64,000 nt of DNA from a bacterium (GTDB lineage: Bacteria; Zhuqueibacterota; Zhuqueibacteria; Residuimicrobiales; Krinioviventaceae). Location: positions 2,432,001 to 2,496,000 of the forward strand of contig OY843751.1 of NCBI GenBank assembly GCA_963693055.1, read 5' to 3'. The translations under genes were made by a program, and so were the position numbers. Below are positions 41,645 through 51,345 of the stretch, in pieces (the stretch's first letter is position 1; each line of letters opens with the position of its first letter). The notes under the pieces were generated by a model. That model worked only from the letters and a program-made list of their open reading frames with translations. It had not been told where the DNA came from and did no database searches.

Positions 41645-44600
41645 ATGCTTAAAAAAGAATTGTATAGAGTAATTCTTTTAACGTTATTTTTTACAACAAT
41701 TGGTTTTACTCAAACCAATATTGAATCGGTTGTTAACGATTTTATTCAAAAGTCAAAATCTAATGATAAAATTATTGATAATATCATTTATTCAATCAAA
41801 AAAGTCGAATCTTTTTCATCATTATTTCCCAATGTATATATTGTAAACCTTAATCCTTCTGGTTTTATTGTAATATCCACTGATGAAAATCTGCCTGAAA
41901 TCTTGGCTTATTCTTTTGATCAAAATTGGACTTTTGATTCTGAGCATCCTTTAGTTAAAATATTATCCAGTGATCTTGAAAAGATTTACTACAGTAATGC
42001 GTACAAGAACATTACTGACCAGTCCAATATGCTTGGTTCAATTTTGGGTACTGATGATTTTCAACAATGGCCACCTGAAAACAGTACCAAAACAGGTGGT
42101 TGGATAGAATCCACATGGCATCAAAATAGCCCTTTTAACGATTTTTGTCCAATGGATGATTTTTTGAAAAATAGATCGTTAGCAGGATGTATTCCAGTAG
42201 CTTTTGCTCAATTGGTAAATTATCATCATTATATTGGCGATTTAAAAGTGAGTCAGCAAGACAGTTATAAAACCCGAACTCGTGGTCTTTTGATAGATCA
42301 ATATAGCGATTCGCTTGATTATCCTGACTTTGAAATGTTGAATTCATATCTTTCAACTATACAGACAAATTATAATAATTTTAATTATTTAACTGACTCT
42401 GAGATTGCGGCCCTAATGTTTGCTTGTGGTTTGATAATTCAAACTGATTACACATATGCATCATCAGGTGCCGTGTTAGCTGATATTGTACCTGTTTTAA
42501 TAGAAAGAATGGGATACAAAAATGCCGATATTATATACGCTTCCGATGATAATTTTTATGAACAGTTGAAACAAAATGCTATAAATGCTTTACCTGTTCT
42601 TTTATCTATGGAAACACATGTGGCAATTGTTGATGGATACAATACTAATGGATACTTTCATTTGAATTTTGGTTGGGGAGATAATTCTCCAAATGCAATA
42701 CAGCAATGTTGGTATTTGTTGCCTTCAGATTTACCATATCAATATCGTGATATATACAGAGGTATATTTAATATTTCACCTTCCCATAAAAATATGCATG
42801 GTCTTAACCCAAGTTGCTACGAGTTACAATTATCTGCTTCAAAAATTCAGAATTATTCAGATTCACAATCTTTTTATATTTATAATAATTATGATATAGA
42901 TGTTGTCGTTGATTCTATTATTACATCCCCAAATTTTTATACAAGCTTGACTAATGACAGCTATGTGCAAAAGTTGACTGATATAACAATTAAGGCTGGT
43001 GATTCCTTAAAGATTTTTGTTAATTGTATGCCAGACACTCTAGGTTTAGTAAAAGGATCGATCAAAGTCGTTGCTATGAATGATGATTTGAAACGATTTA
43101 TAACTTTGGAATTATTTGGATACGGTGTTGAAAATACGGGTTCTGTTGTATATGGTGGAGAAACAAGTGGGATATGGACCAAAGAAAATTCACCTTATTA
43201 TATAATAGATGATATCAGTATAAAGCCTAATAGTAATTTATTAATTGAACCTGGAGTTACAGTATTATTCAAAGGGCCTTATACATTTAATGTTGATAAA
43301 TCTTGTGAATTATTGGCAAAGGGGACAGAATCTGATTCAATAAAGTTTATCTCTCTTAATGATACTGAAAATTGGGCAGGATTTAAAATCTATTATAGTG
43401 GTGATGATGACTCGCTTTTGTTTTGCAATTTTACCGATTTTAAAAATGAAGAAGCTGCCGGTGGAGTGTTTTTTATTAGTAACAGTTCTCCAATTTTCAA
43501 ATCTTGCAAGTTTATAAACAATAGTGCAAATTTAGGCGGCGCCGTTTATTTTACTTCAAGTACCCCCGAGTTTATTCAAACGCATTTTATTAATAATAAT
43601 GCTCCATATGGAGGAGCAGTATATGCACATAATTCTACATCAATATTTTTCCAATCTTTATTCACCAGAAATGTTTCACTTAAAAGAGGTGCTGCTATTT
43701 ATGCCAAAAGTTCATATTTAACTTTGTCAAATGTAACAATTAGTAATAATGTGGCAAGTTATAAATCTGGAAATTCTGGCGTGTTGCATTTAATTGGACC
43801 TGGAAATACATCTATACTTAATTCTATTTTTACATCAAATTATAATATTCATGGAAGCGGACCATTTCATATAACTTTGGAGCAATCTAATTCTCATGAG
43901 AAAAGTACAGTAGCGTTGAATTTTAATTGTTTTGATTCAATTGATGAAGATGCAATTGATCCGGATGTCAACTTGGGGCAACCCGGGAACGATATAATTT
44001 GGGGGTTAGGTAATATAACTGCTGATCCACTGTTTGTTACTCAAACAGGACAAGATTTTCATTTGCAGATTGAATCACCTTGTATTGATGCAGGAGATCC
44101 TGATTCTGATTTTTTGGATGAACCATTCCCACATGGTTTTTGTATTAATATGGGAGCATATGGTGGAACAAAGAGTGCTACAGAGCAACATCACCCCAGA
44201 TTAACGTCTTTACCCAATGCTATTTATTTTACTCAACTATCAAATACTTTTAGAGATAAGAAAAAAATTAATATTGTTAACGGTACAGATAAACTTTTGA
44301 AAATTACTGATTTTGTTTTATCAGATAGTACACATTTTCAAATTAAAAATATAAATGAGCAATATATTAAGAATTCTGAATATATATTGCCTCCCGGTGT
44401 TCAGGACGATTTTAATTTGATAATTGATTTGAATCATACTGATTTGATGGAATTACATGAAACATTAACCATTTCCATTGAGGATGGTGATGATTGTATT
44501 ATCCCTATAGATATTAATTCTATATCAGGAACGAATATTGATTCTCAATTGGTAAGTGGAGTATGGACAAAAGATAAAAGTCCGTATGTTATTAATAATA

Positions 44601-47242
44601 ATATTAAAATTCCTGCTAATGAGACGTTGATAATTGAACCTGGTGTTTCTGTTGTTTTTAACGGTAACTTGAAATTTGATATTTCTGAAAATGCCCAGTT
44701 GATTGCAAACGGTACAGTGAATGATTCAATACGTTTTATTGCCCAAAATGCTGATCTGGGTTGGCGTGGAATATATTTTTACAAGTCAAGCAATGATGAT
44801 ACATTGAAATTTTGTCATATTTCAGGGATAAAAATTCAAAACTCTAGTTATTCAAACAATTATGGTGTGCTTGTAATTAATCAATCGAGTCCGTTAATAG
44901 AAAATTGTTTATTTACTAATAATGATAAAGTGTCTAATATAAATCTAATAAATATTATTCATAGTGATGCACAAATAAAATTTATTAAAGTAACATATAA
45001 CAACAATTTTACCAGTTTATTTAATTTTGATCAATCTAGTAATGTTATTCTTGAACATATAACAGTATCAAATAATACATGTAATACCATTTTTAATTCC
45101 CAAAAATCTAATTTCCAATTAAATAATTCCGTGATATATGGTAATTCATTATGTGGTAAATTATCAGATAATACTGATACTTATCGGCATTTTAACTCAA
45201 TTCACATAAAGAATTCAATAATATACAATAATGTTGATTTATATGTTTTTGATACGGGTTATCTTGATACCTTATCAGTAAGTTATTCTGCATTAGACCT
45301 CAGAGAAATTGAACTAGGTCACCAGGGTAACAAGTCTGGACAAATAAGAAATTTAGTTGTTTGGGGAAAGGGTAATATAAACTCTAACCCATTATTCGTA
45401 GGTCCTGAAAAAGGTAATTTTACTTTAAATCCTGCATCACCATGTATAGATGCAGGCGATCCTGATGATTTTTTTGATAAAGAACCCATGCCAAATGGAT
45501 ATCGTATCAATATGGGGATTTATGGAGGTACTGAATCTGCTAAATATTCAAGTAAGACAAAACTGACTGTTTCACCCGGTAAGATTAGTTTTGGTAAAAT
45601 TAATTTAAATTTTGATAAATCAGAAAAAATATATTTAAAAAATGGTAGCCCTAATAATATAAACATCAATAGCATAAAGCTGACGGATTCAACACTGTTC
45701 AAATTAAAAGAATTTAACGGGGGATTGTTCAATAACAATTCCAGGTTATTACTTCCAGGACAGATTGACAGTTTTCTTGTGGTTTTCAAATCTGTTAATA
45801 TTGAAGGTGATTTTGATAACCAATTATTTATTAAATATAACAACGATAAATCGGACTATGTAAATATTACTGCCAGTACTTATTTAGGAACTAAAATTAC
45901 TGCTCTAGATTCTTCCGATATATGGACCTTATCCAATTCGCCATATAATATATATAATGATATTTATATTTATAATGGTACATCGTTACAAATTAATCCT
46001 GGGGTTACTGTTCGATTTATGGGAAATAGTACTATATTTGTCAGAGATGCAGGGAAATTAGTAGCAAACGGCACTAAAGATGAAATGATCAAGTTTGTTA
46101 CTTTGAATAATGATTCAGCATTTAGAAATTTTGAATTTATTAATTCAGGTAACGATGATAGTCTATTTTTCTATGATTTCTCTAATTTAAATTTAAAAGA
46201 AACTCTTTTTAAATTAAATCAAACATCACCTTTTTTCTATTCTTCTATATTTAATAATAATGCCATACCTGAAGAAACTGTTTTATTTTATTGTGTTGAT
46301 GCTAATCCTGTTTTCCAAAAATGTCAATTTCAAAATAATATTGCAAGCGGGAAAGGACTTTATGATTTTTTCAATTCAAATTCAACTTTTAAAAATTGTT
46401 TGATCAGTGATAATATCACAGATCAAAGTGGTGGTTTAATTTTTAGTTTACATTCAAAATTTAATTTTAAAAATTGTACAATATATAACAATTTTTCAGA
46501 AAGACTTGGTGGAATAATATATTGTGGTGGTATCAATAATTCAATTAAATTTATGAATTCTATTTTATGGCAAAACTTTAGTAGCAATAAGGATATAGTG
46601 TATTCAAGTGGTACTGCTGAAGTCACTTTTCAATATTGTTGTATTGATACAACCAATCCTTTTTATGTCACCTCTCTTGCAGGAATTCAGGGAAAAGTTA
46701 ATTGGGGTAAAGGAAATTTCTATTCTGATCCACTCTTGATTTCACCTGAGAACGGGGATTTTACTTTGTCTGATCTATCACCTTGTATAGATGCTGGTAA
46801 TCCTGAGGTATCATATAATGATATTGAGGATCCAGTTAATCCCGGTAGAGCAAATTTACCTGCCAAAGGAACGGTACGTAATGATATGGGGTATTATGGT
46901 GGAAATCCTTATTTTAATATTACAACTGCAATTGAGGATGAAGATGAATCAACAATACCGGATAAATTTGCATTAATGCAAAACTATCCAAATCCATTTA
47001 ATGGAAACACATTGATAGAATTTCATTTACCGGTTTCAGGTAATGTTGAAATTAACGTTTATAATATTCAGGGACAAAAAGTAAAAACGATTACTGAATC
47101 ACGTTATTCCAATGGAGTCCATACATTACTTTGGGATGGTACCAGCGATAGCGGTACACTGGTTTCGTCAGGTATATATTTATACCGGATATTGCTTGAT
47201 AACAACCAATCCATTACAAAACGGTTGGTGTTTATAAAATAA
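41645..47242 (+). CDS. Second giant C10 cysteine protease paralog with the same architecture
   Basis: STWHQNSPFNDFCP; AGCIPVAFAQL; HVAIVDGY; FHLNFGWG; three Ig/beta-helix modules; YPNPFN...KRLVFIK. Start moved to ATG 41645 (RBS GAGGGG). Confidence 0.88.
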   Translation: MLKKELYRVILLTLFFTTIGFTQTNIESVVNDFIQKSKSNDKIIDNIIYSIKKVESFSSLFPNVYIVNLNPSGFIVISTDENLPEILAYSFDQNWTFDSEHPLVKILSSDLEKIYYSNAYKNITDQSNMLGSILGTDDFQQWPPENSTKTGGWIESTWHQNSPFNDFCPMDDFLKNRSLAGCIPVAFAQLVNYHHYIGDLKVSQQDSYKTRTRGLLIDQYSDSLDYPDFEMLNSYLSTIQTNYNNFNYLTDSEIAALMFACGLIIQTDYTYASSGAVLADIVPVLIERMGYKNADIIYASDDNFYEQLKQNAINALPVLLSMETHVAIVDGYNTNGYFHLNFGWGDNSPNAIQQCWYLLPSDLPYQYRDIYRGIFNISPSHKNMHGLNPSCYELQLSASKIQNYSDSQSFYIYNNYDIDVVVDSIITSPNFYTSLTNDSYVQKLTDITIKAGDSLKIFVNCMPDTLGLVKGSIKVVAMNDDLKRFITLELFGYGVENTGSVVYGGETSGIWTKENSPYYIIDDISIKPNSNLLIEPGVTVLFKGPYTFNVDKSCELLAKGTESDSIKFISLNDTENWAGFKIYYSGDDDSLLFCNFTDFKNEEAAGGVFFISNSSPIFKSCKFINNSANLGGAVYFTSSTPEFIQTHFINNNAPYGGAVYAHNSTSIFFQSLFTRNVSLKRGAAIYAKSSYLTLSNVTISNNVASYKSGNSGVLHLIGPGNTSILNSIFTSNYNIHGSGPFHITLEQSNSHEKSTVALNFNCFDSIDEDAIDPDVNLGQPGNDIIWGLGNITADPLFVTQTGQDFHLQIESPCIDAGDPDSDFLDEPFPHGFCINMGAYGGTKSATEQHHPRLTSLPNAIYFTQLSNTFRDKKKINIVNGTDKLLKITDFVLSDSTHFQIKNINEQYIKNSEYILPPGVQDDFNLIIDLNHTDLMELHETLTISIEDGDDCIIPIDINSISGTNIDSQLVSGVWTKDKSPYVINNNIKIPANETLIIEPGVSVVFNGNLKFDISENAQLIANGTVNDSIRFIAQNADLGWRGIYFYKSSNDDTLKFCHISGIKIQNSSYSNNYGVLVINQSSPLIENCLFTNNDKVSNINLINIIHSDAQIKFIKVTYNNNFTSLFNFDQSSNVILEHITVSNNTCNTIFNSQKSNFQLNNSVIYGNSLCGKLSDNTDTYRHFNSIHIKNSIIYNNVDLYVFDTGYLDTLSVSYSALDLREIELGHQGNKSGQIRNLVVWGKGNINSNPLFVGPEKGNFTLNPASPCIDAGDPDDFFDKEPMPNGYRINMGIYGGTESAKYSSKTKLTVSPGKISFGKINLNFDKSEKIYLKNGSPNNININSIKLTDSTLFKLKEFNGGLFNNNSRLLLPGQIDSFLVVFKSVNIEGDFDNQLFIKYNNDKSDYVNITASTYLGTKITALDSSDIWTLSNSPYNIYNDIYIYNGTSLQINPGVTVRFMGNSTIFVRDAGKLVANGTKDEMIKFVTLNNDSAFRNFEFINSGNDDSLFFYDFSNLNLKETLFKLNQTSPFFYSSIFNNNAIPEETVLFYCVDANPVFQKCQFQNNIASGKGLYDFFNSNSTFKNCLISDNITDQSGGLIFSLHSKFNFKNCTIYNNFSERLGGIIYCGGINNSIKFMNSILWQNFSSNKDIVYSSGTAEVTFQYCCIDTTNPFYVTSLAGIQGKVNWGKGNFYSDPLLISPENGDFTLSDLSPCIDAGNPEVSYNDIEDPVNPGRANLPAKGTVRNDMGYYGGNPYFNITTAIEDEDESTIPDKFALMQNYPNPFNGNTLIEFHLPVSGNVEINVYNIQGQKVKTITESRYSNGVHTLLWDGTSDSGTLVSSGIYLYRILLDNNQSITKRLVFIK

Positions 47243-47276
47243 TTTCTTACACTCTGGAGTCAATAGAGAGGAAGAG

Positions 47277-48563
47277 ATGAAAAACTTGAAATTCATAATT
47301 TGGATATTAATTGTTTTTAATACTAATAGTTTTGCTGGTACGTTAAAAGCAGGTATTGCTTCCGAAAAATTAACTCCACCTCTTGAAATGCAATTTGCTC
47401 TGGGCGGTTATGGAGCCCGGATGAGTAAACCTGCCGAGGCAGTGCATGATGATATTTGGGTAAAATCATTGGTTATTAAGGATGCAGAAAAAGAATTTGC
47501 ACTCGTTACATTAGATATTCTTGCCTTGCCTCCTAATGTTAAAACTCAGGTTATAGATGCTTTAGGTTCATCCCGCTGGTCAATGGAGAATGTTTTGCTG
47601 TTGCCAAGCCATTCTCATACTAGCCTGGATATGACCGCGTTGAATGATAAAAATATACTCAACAGTCCACAAATTGGGATTTATCAACCCGAGCTATTAA
47701 AATTTGTCATTGATGTTATTGTAAATTGTATCAAAAGTGCCGGTAGTGAATTGCAACCTGTCAAGGTTGGTACGGGTAGGGTGCAACTGGATGGTTTGAA
47801 TCGTAACCGCCGCCATGATGAAATGATTGACCCGGATTTGACTGTTACACGTATCGACCTGTTAAATGGTAATCCTCTTGCGGTACTGGTGAACTGGACT
47901 GCTCATCCCACATTTATGGATGAGAATGATATGTGGGTGTCTGCTGGCTGGCCCGGTTATTTGCAGCGAGAACTTGAAGCCTGGATAGGACATGGAGTTA
48001 CTGCCATGTATTACAATGGTGCCCAGGGTGATTTGTCTCCTGTTGAAAAATTTGGAGCAAGTCATTATGAAAAGGCTGAACGTTATGGCAGAACCATAGC
48101 AAAGCATGCTTTTCAATTACATCAATCCATTTATCCTCATGCTGACATAGTTTTTGATTATTATGCTGATGCTTTCGAATTGCCGGAGCGTAGTGCCCAT
48201 CCCAAATTCGCTCAAACAGGAGGGGGGGAATATGCCATTGATGATCAGGTAATGAAAATAATTTTGGATATCATGAGTCCTGAAAAAGTGGTTCTCAATT
48301 CATTACGACTAGGGGATTTGATTATCGCAGGTACACCCGGTGAATTAATCTGTGAACTGGGTTTAAAAGTTAAATCTGAACTACGAGCCAGAGTAAAATA
48401 TCCTGTCATTGGTGGTTTGGCTAATGAATGGATCAGTTACATTCTAAGCGAAAAGGAATATCATCAGTCAGGTTATGAAACCAGTGTTAGTTTTTATGGC
48501 CCTTTTCTTGGAGATATAATTGTTAATGCAATGATCAAAAACGCTCTTGAATTAACAAAATGA
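47277..48563 (+). CDS. Secreted neutral/alkaline ceramidase-family Zn hydrolase
   Basis: LGGYGAR...VHDDIWVK; SHSHT; NWTAHPT; VSAGWPG; NGAQGD; TPGE; GLANEWISYI...GYE; signal peptide. Confidence 0.8.
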   Translation: MKNLKFIIWILIVFNTNSFAGTLKAGIASEKLTPPLEMQFALGGYGARMSKPAEAVHDDIWVKSLVIKDAEKEFALVTLDILALPPNVKTQVIDALGSSRWSMENVLLLPSHSHTSLDMTALNDKNILNSPQIGIYQPELLKFVIDVIVNCIKSAGSELQPVKVGTGRVQLDGLNRNRRHDEMIDPDLTVTRIDLLNGNPLAVLVNWTAHPTFMDENDMWVSAGWPGYLQRELEAWIGHGVTAMYYNGAQGDLSPVEKFGASHYEKAERYGRTIAKHAFQLHQSIYPHADIVFDYYADAFELPERSAHPKFAQTGGGEYAIDDQVMKIILDIMSPEKVVLNSLRLGDLIIAGTPGELICELGLKVKSELRARVKYPVIGGLANEWISYILSEKEYHQSGYETSVSFYGPFLGDIIVNAMIKNALELTK

Positions 48564-48773
48564 GATGATTTGTTGAAATTGATCTTATTTTTAACTTGCT
48601 TTTTAAGATTGTAGCAATTATTTTTATTTATATACCTTTCATCTTGAATATGATTATGCCTTCTCAGTTCTTATCCAGATCGACTTGCCAGTTCCTTACA
48701 ATAGATACCGATTAATACTTTACATCATGATTTTTGAAATTTGTTATTTAAAAATATAAATAATGATGTGATC

Positions 48774-50816
48774 ATGAATCCGGTTCCCGTTGTTACGACT
48801 ATTGAACACAAGTGTAAACGCTGTTATTCATGCGTTAGGAATTGTCCTGCCAAAGCTATCAAAGTTGAAAACGGTCAAGCTAAAGTTATGGCCGAACGAT
48901 GTATTGCTTGCGGTTATTGTGTTCGTGTTTGTTCACAAAATGCTAAACAAATTCGAGATGATCTTGCACCAACTTTAGATTTTTTAAAAAATAATACTCC
49001 TGTTGTTGCTATCCTAGCACCATCTTTTCCTGCTGCTTTTCCAGAAAATAATCCAGATACAATTATTTCAGCATTAGCTGAAGCAGGCTTTTCCAAAATA
49101 TTCCCAGTCGCTTTGGGTGCAGACATTGTAAGCTATGAATATCAACTGCTTTATCAATCTAAGGTTATGCCAGTTATTATCTCTTCTCCTTGTCCTGCAA
49201 TTGTGAATTATATAGAGAAATATGATCCTGCTTTGACATTGTGCCTGGCTCCTGTTGTATCACCTATGATCGCTACCGGTCGTTTTCTCAAACAAGCATT
49301 AGGAGAATCTACCCGTATAGTTTTTATTGGTCCTTGCATTGCCAAAAAAAAGGAAATGACAGACAAGAACGTTGCGGGCGTAATTGATGCAGTATTGACT
49401 TTTGAAGAAGTAAAAGCGCTATTTTATCGAATGCATATTGATCCTACAGAATTGCCCCCTCGAGAGTTTGATGGCCCTGAAGTAAATTGGGGAAGGTTGT
49501 TTCCTATATCCGGTGGATTATTGAAAAGTGCTGATCTGCAATCAGATATTATGGATAATGATGTTATCATTACCGAAGGTCGGGACAGGGTTATGGAAAT
49601 TCTTCAAAAATCATCCAATGGTGAAATTGAAGCCAAATTCCTTGATCTTTTATTTTGTGAAGGTTGTATCAATGGACCTAAAATTGACACTCCACTTTCT
49701 GTTTTTGTAAAAAAAGACAAGATTGTTAATTACATTAAAAAGAAGCAGAGTAAAAAGGGTTTTAAAAATTTTATATATCCTATAGATTGTAAACGCAGGT
49801 TCAGTAACGATTATCAGCTAATGCCAGCACCAACACAAAAAGAAATTCAAAATATTTTATATTTCACAGGTAAGCGAAAACCAAATGATGAATTGAACTG
49901 TGGTGCTTGCGGATATAATTCTTGTCGTGAAAAAGCAATTGCAGTTTTTCAGGGACTTGCAGAAGCTGAAATGTGTTTACCCTTTCTTGTAGAAAAACTA
50001 GAAACAATACAGAATAAGCTGGAAACCAATAACAAGGAACTAAATTCTTCAATTGAAGCACTTCAACGCACGCAGGAACAACTTGTGCAATCTGAAAAAA
50101 TGGCCTCGGTTGGTCAACTTGCAGCGGGTGTTGCCCACGAGTTGAATAATCCACTGGGTGGGATTATGGTTTTTGCGAATTTACTGCTTGAGCAAAAAGA
50201 CAAAAATGACCCTGATCTTTCTGATTTGACCCGAATCATTCACGAAGCTGAGAGGTGTAAAGCAATTATCTATGGATTGCTCGATTTTTCACGACAATCG
50301 CACTTGCAAGCTGCTATTGTAAATTTGAATAAAATTATTCTTAGTACTTTGGATCTGGTCAAGCACCAATCATTATTTCAAAAAATAGATATGAAAATTG
50401 AACTCAATCCTACTATTGGTCAAATATTTGCCGATGTGGGGCTTTTACAGCAAATATTTCTGAATATCATTTTCAATGCAGCCGAGGCAATGGAAGGAGA
50501 TGGATGTTTTATTGTTTCGTCTTATATGAGTCAAGATCATAAATATGTCATAGCAGAATTTACTGACACAGGCCCTGGTATGTCTAATGAAATTGTTAAA
50601 CGTATTTTTGATCCTTTTTTTACAACAAAGCCCCCGGGTCAGGGTACCGGTTTGGGATTATCCATGTGCTACAGTATTATCAAGCGTCACAAAGGGGAAA
50701 TCAAAGTGTCCAGCCAGTTGGGAGTAGGCACTACTATAATTATACAATTACCCAATTCAATTGAAATTGAAAAAGATATAACAGAATTATACCCCCATAA
50801 AATTTATTCACTTTAA
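48774..50816 (+). CDS. Sensory [FeFe]-hydrogenase-like (group C-type) domain fused to a histidine kinase
   Basis: Two [4Fe-4S] motifs (CKRCYSCVRNCP, CIACGYCVRVC); H-cluster-like motifs SSPCPA, GPCIAKKKE, LFCEGCING; FeS motif NCGACGYNSC...EMC; coiled coil; H-box AHELNNPL, N-box, DTGPG, FDPFFTTK, GTGLGL. Start moved to ATG 48774. Confidence 0.88.
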   Translation: MNPVPVVTTIEHKCKRCYSCVRNCPAKAIKVENGQAKVMAERCIACGYCVRVCSQNAKQIRDDLAPTLDFLKNNTPVVAILAPSFPAAFPENNPDTIISALAEAGFSKIFPVALGADIVSYEYQLLYQSKVMPVIISSPCPAIVNYIEKYDPALTLCLAPVVSPMIATGRFLKQALGESTRIVFIGPCIAKKKEMTDKNVAGVIDAVLTFEEVKALFYRMHIDPTELPPREFDGPEVNWGRLFPISGGLLKSADLQSDIMDNDVIITEGRDRVMEILQKSSNGEIEAKFLDLLFCEGCINGPKIDTPLSVFVKKDKIVNYIKKKQSKKGFKNFIYPIDCKRRFSNDYQLMPAPTQKEIQNILYFTGKRKPNDELNCGACGYNSCREKAIAVFQGLAEAEMCLPFLVEKLETIQNKLETNNKELNSSIEALQRTQEQLVQSEKMASVGQLAAGVAHELNNPLGGIMVFANLLLEQKDKNDPDLSDLTRIIHEAERCKAIIYGLLDFSRQSHLQAAIVNLNKIILSTLDLVKHQSLFQKIDMKIELNPTIGQIFADVGLLQQIFLNIIFNAAEAMEGDGCFIVSSYMSQDHKYVIAEFTDTGPGMSNEIVKRIFDPFFTTKPPGQGTGLGLSMCYSIIKRHKGEIKVSSQLGVGTTIIIQLPNSIEIEKDITELYPHKIYSL

Positions 50817-50868
50817 TACCACTTAAAACTTACTTTAATGATTTTTAATTAGTATATTTTGTAATTAT

Positions 50869-50886
50869 CTGTGAAAAAAATCACAA
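50869..50886. promoter_or_regulatory. Rex-like (or CRP/FNR-like) operator 1
   Basis: CTGTGAAAAAAATCACAA vs Rex consensus TTGTGAA-N4-TTCACAA; it also contains an exact TGTGA-N6-TCACA. Confidence 0.65.
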
Positions 50887-50902
50887 ATTTTACAAAAAAT
50901 AC

Positions 50903-50931
50903 TTGCTTTTCTGATATTGATTTCTTATTAT
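50903..50931 (+). promoter_or_regulatory. Candidate sigma70 promoter of the hydrogenase operon
   Basis: TTGCTT, 17-bp spacer, TATTAT, lying between the two operator boxes. Confidence 0.5.
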
Positions 50932-50940
50932 TTATTAGAG

Positions 50941-50958
50941 TTGTGAAAAAAATTACAA
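50941..50958. promoter_or_regulatory. Rex-like operator 2
   Basis: TTGTGAAAAAAATTACAA, 72 bp from box 1 and just downstream of the predicted transcription start. Confidence 0.65.
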
Positions 50959-51177
50959 CTTGTCCTTTCTTATTCTAACACTCTACTATTTCTTTTGGGG
51001 CCACGGTCAACCATCCTCAAATTTTGGCCCATTCCAATACTTGCGACTTGTGTGTATTGCAAAAGCACGGTGTGGATATATACTATTGGAACTGAACTGA
51101 TCGGTATTTAAAAATTCATTACTCTGATTTTGATTATTGTATTTCGATCTAGAGCCACTATTATGCTTTGAGGATTG

Positions 51178-51345
51178 ATGATGCACTTTGATTTGAAGTC
51201 TATTCGGGACAATTTTTTTACATCACTCCGGTTGAATATTATTCCGGTATTCAGGAATTCTCATATTCAGAACTTTTTTAATTTTATTCGTGATTTAATT
51301 TTGAGATCTTTAGCCTTTGTAATTTTATTGGAGGCAATAAAATGA
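51178..51345 (+). CDS. Candidate 55-aa small leader ORF
   Basis: RBS GAGGA, then MMHFDLKSIRDNFFTSLRLNIIPVFRNSHIQNFFNFIRDLILRSLAFVILLEAIK; its TGA overlaps the ATG of the next gene (ATGA). Below the ORF-track cutoff. Confidence 0.3.
   Translation: MMHFDLKSIRDNFFTSLRLNIIPVFRNSHIQNFFNFIRDLILRSLAFVILLEAIK

Noticed and set aside
48774-50816. Catalytic H2-producing [FeFe]-hydrogenase
   Set aside because: The proton-transfer Cys and the Met residues of the canonical motifs are replaced, and the domain is fused to a kinase.
50960-51120. NiCo, cobalamin or Moco riboswitch in the hydrogenase leader
   Set aside because: I could not find the conserved core sequences of these families; kept only as an unassigned structured-leader candidate.
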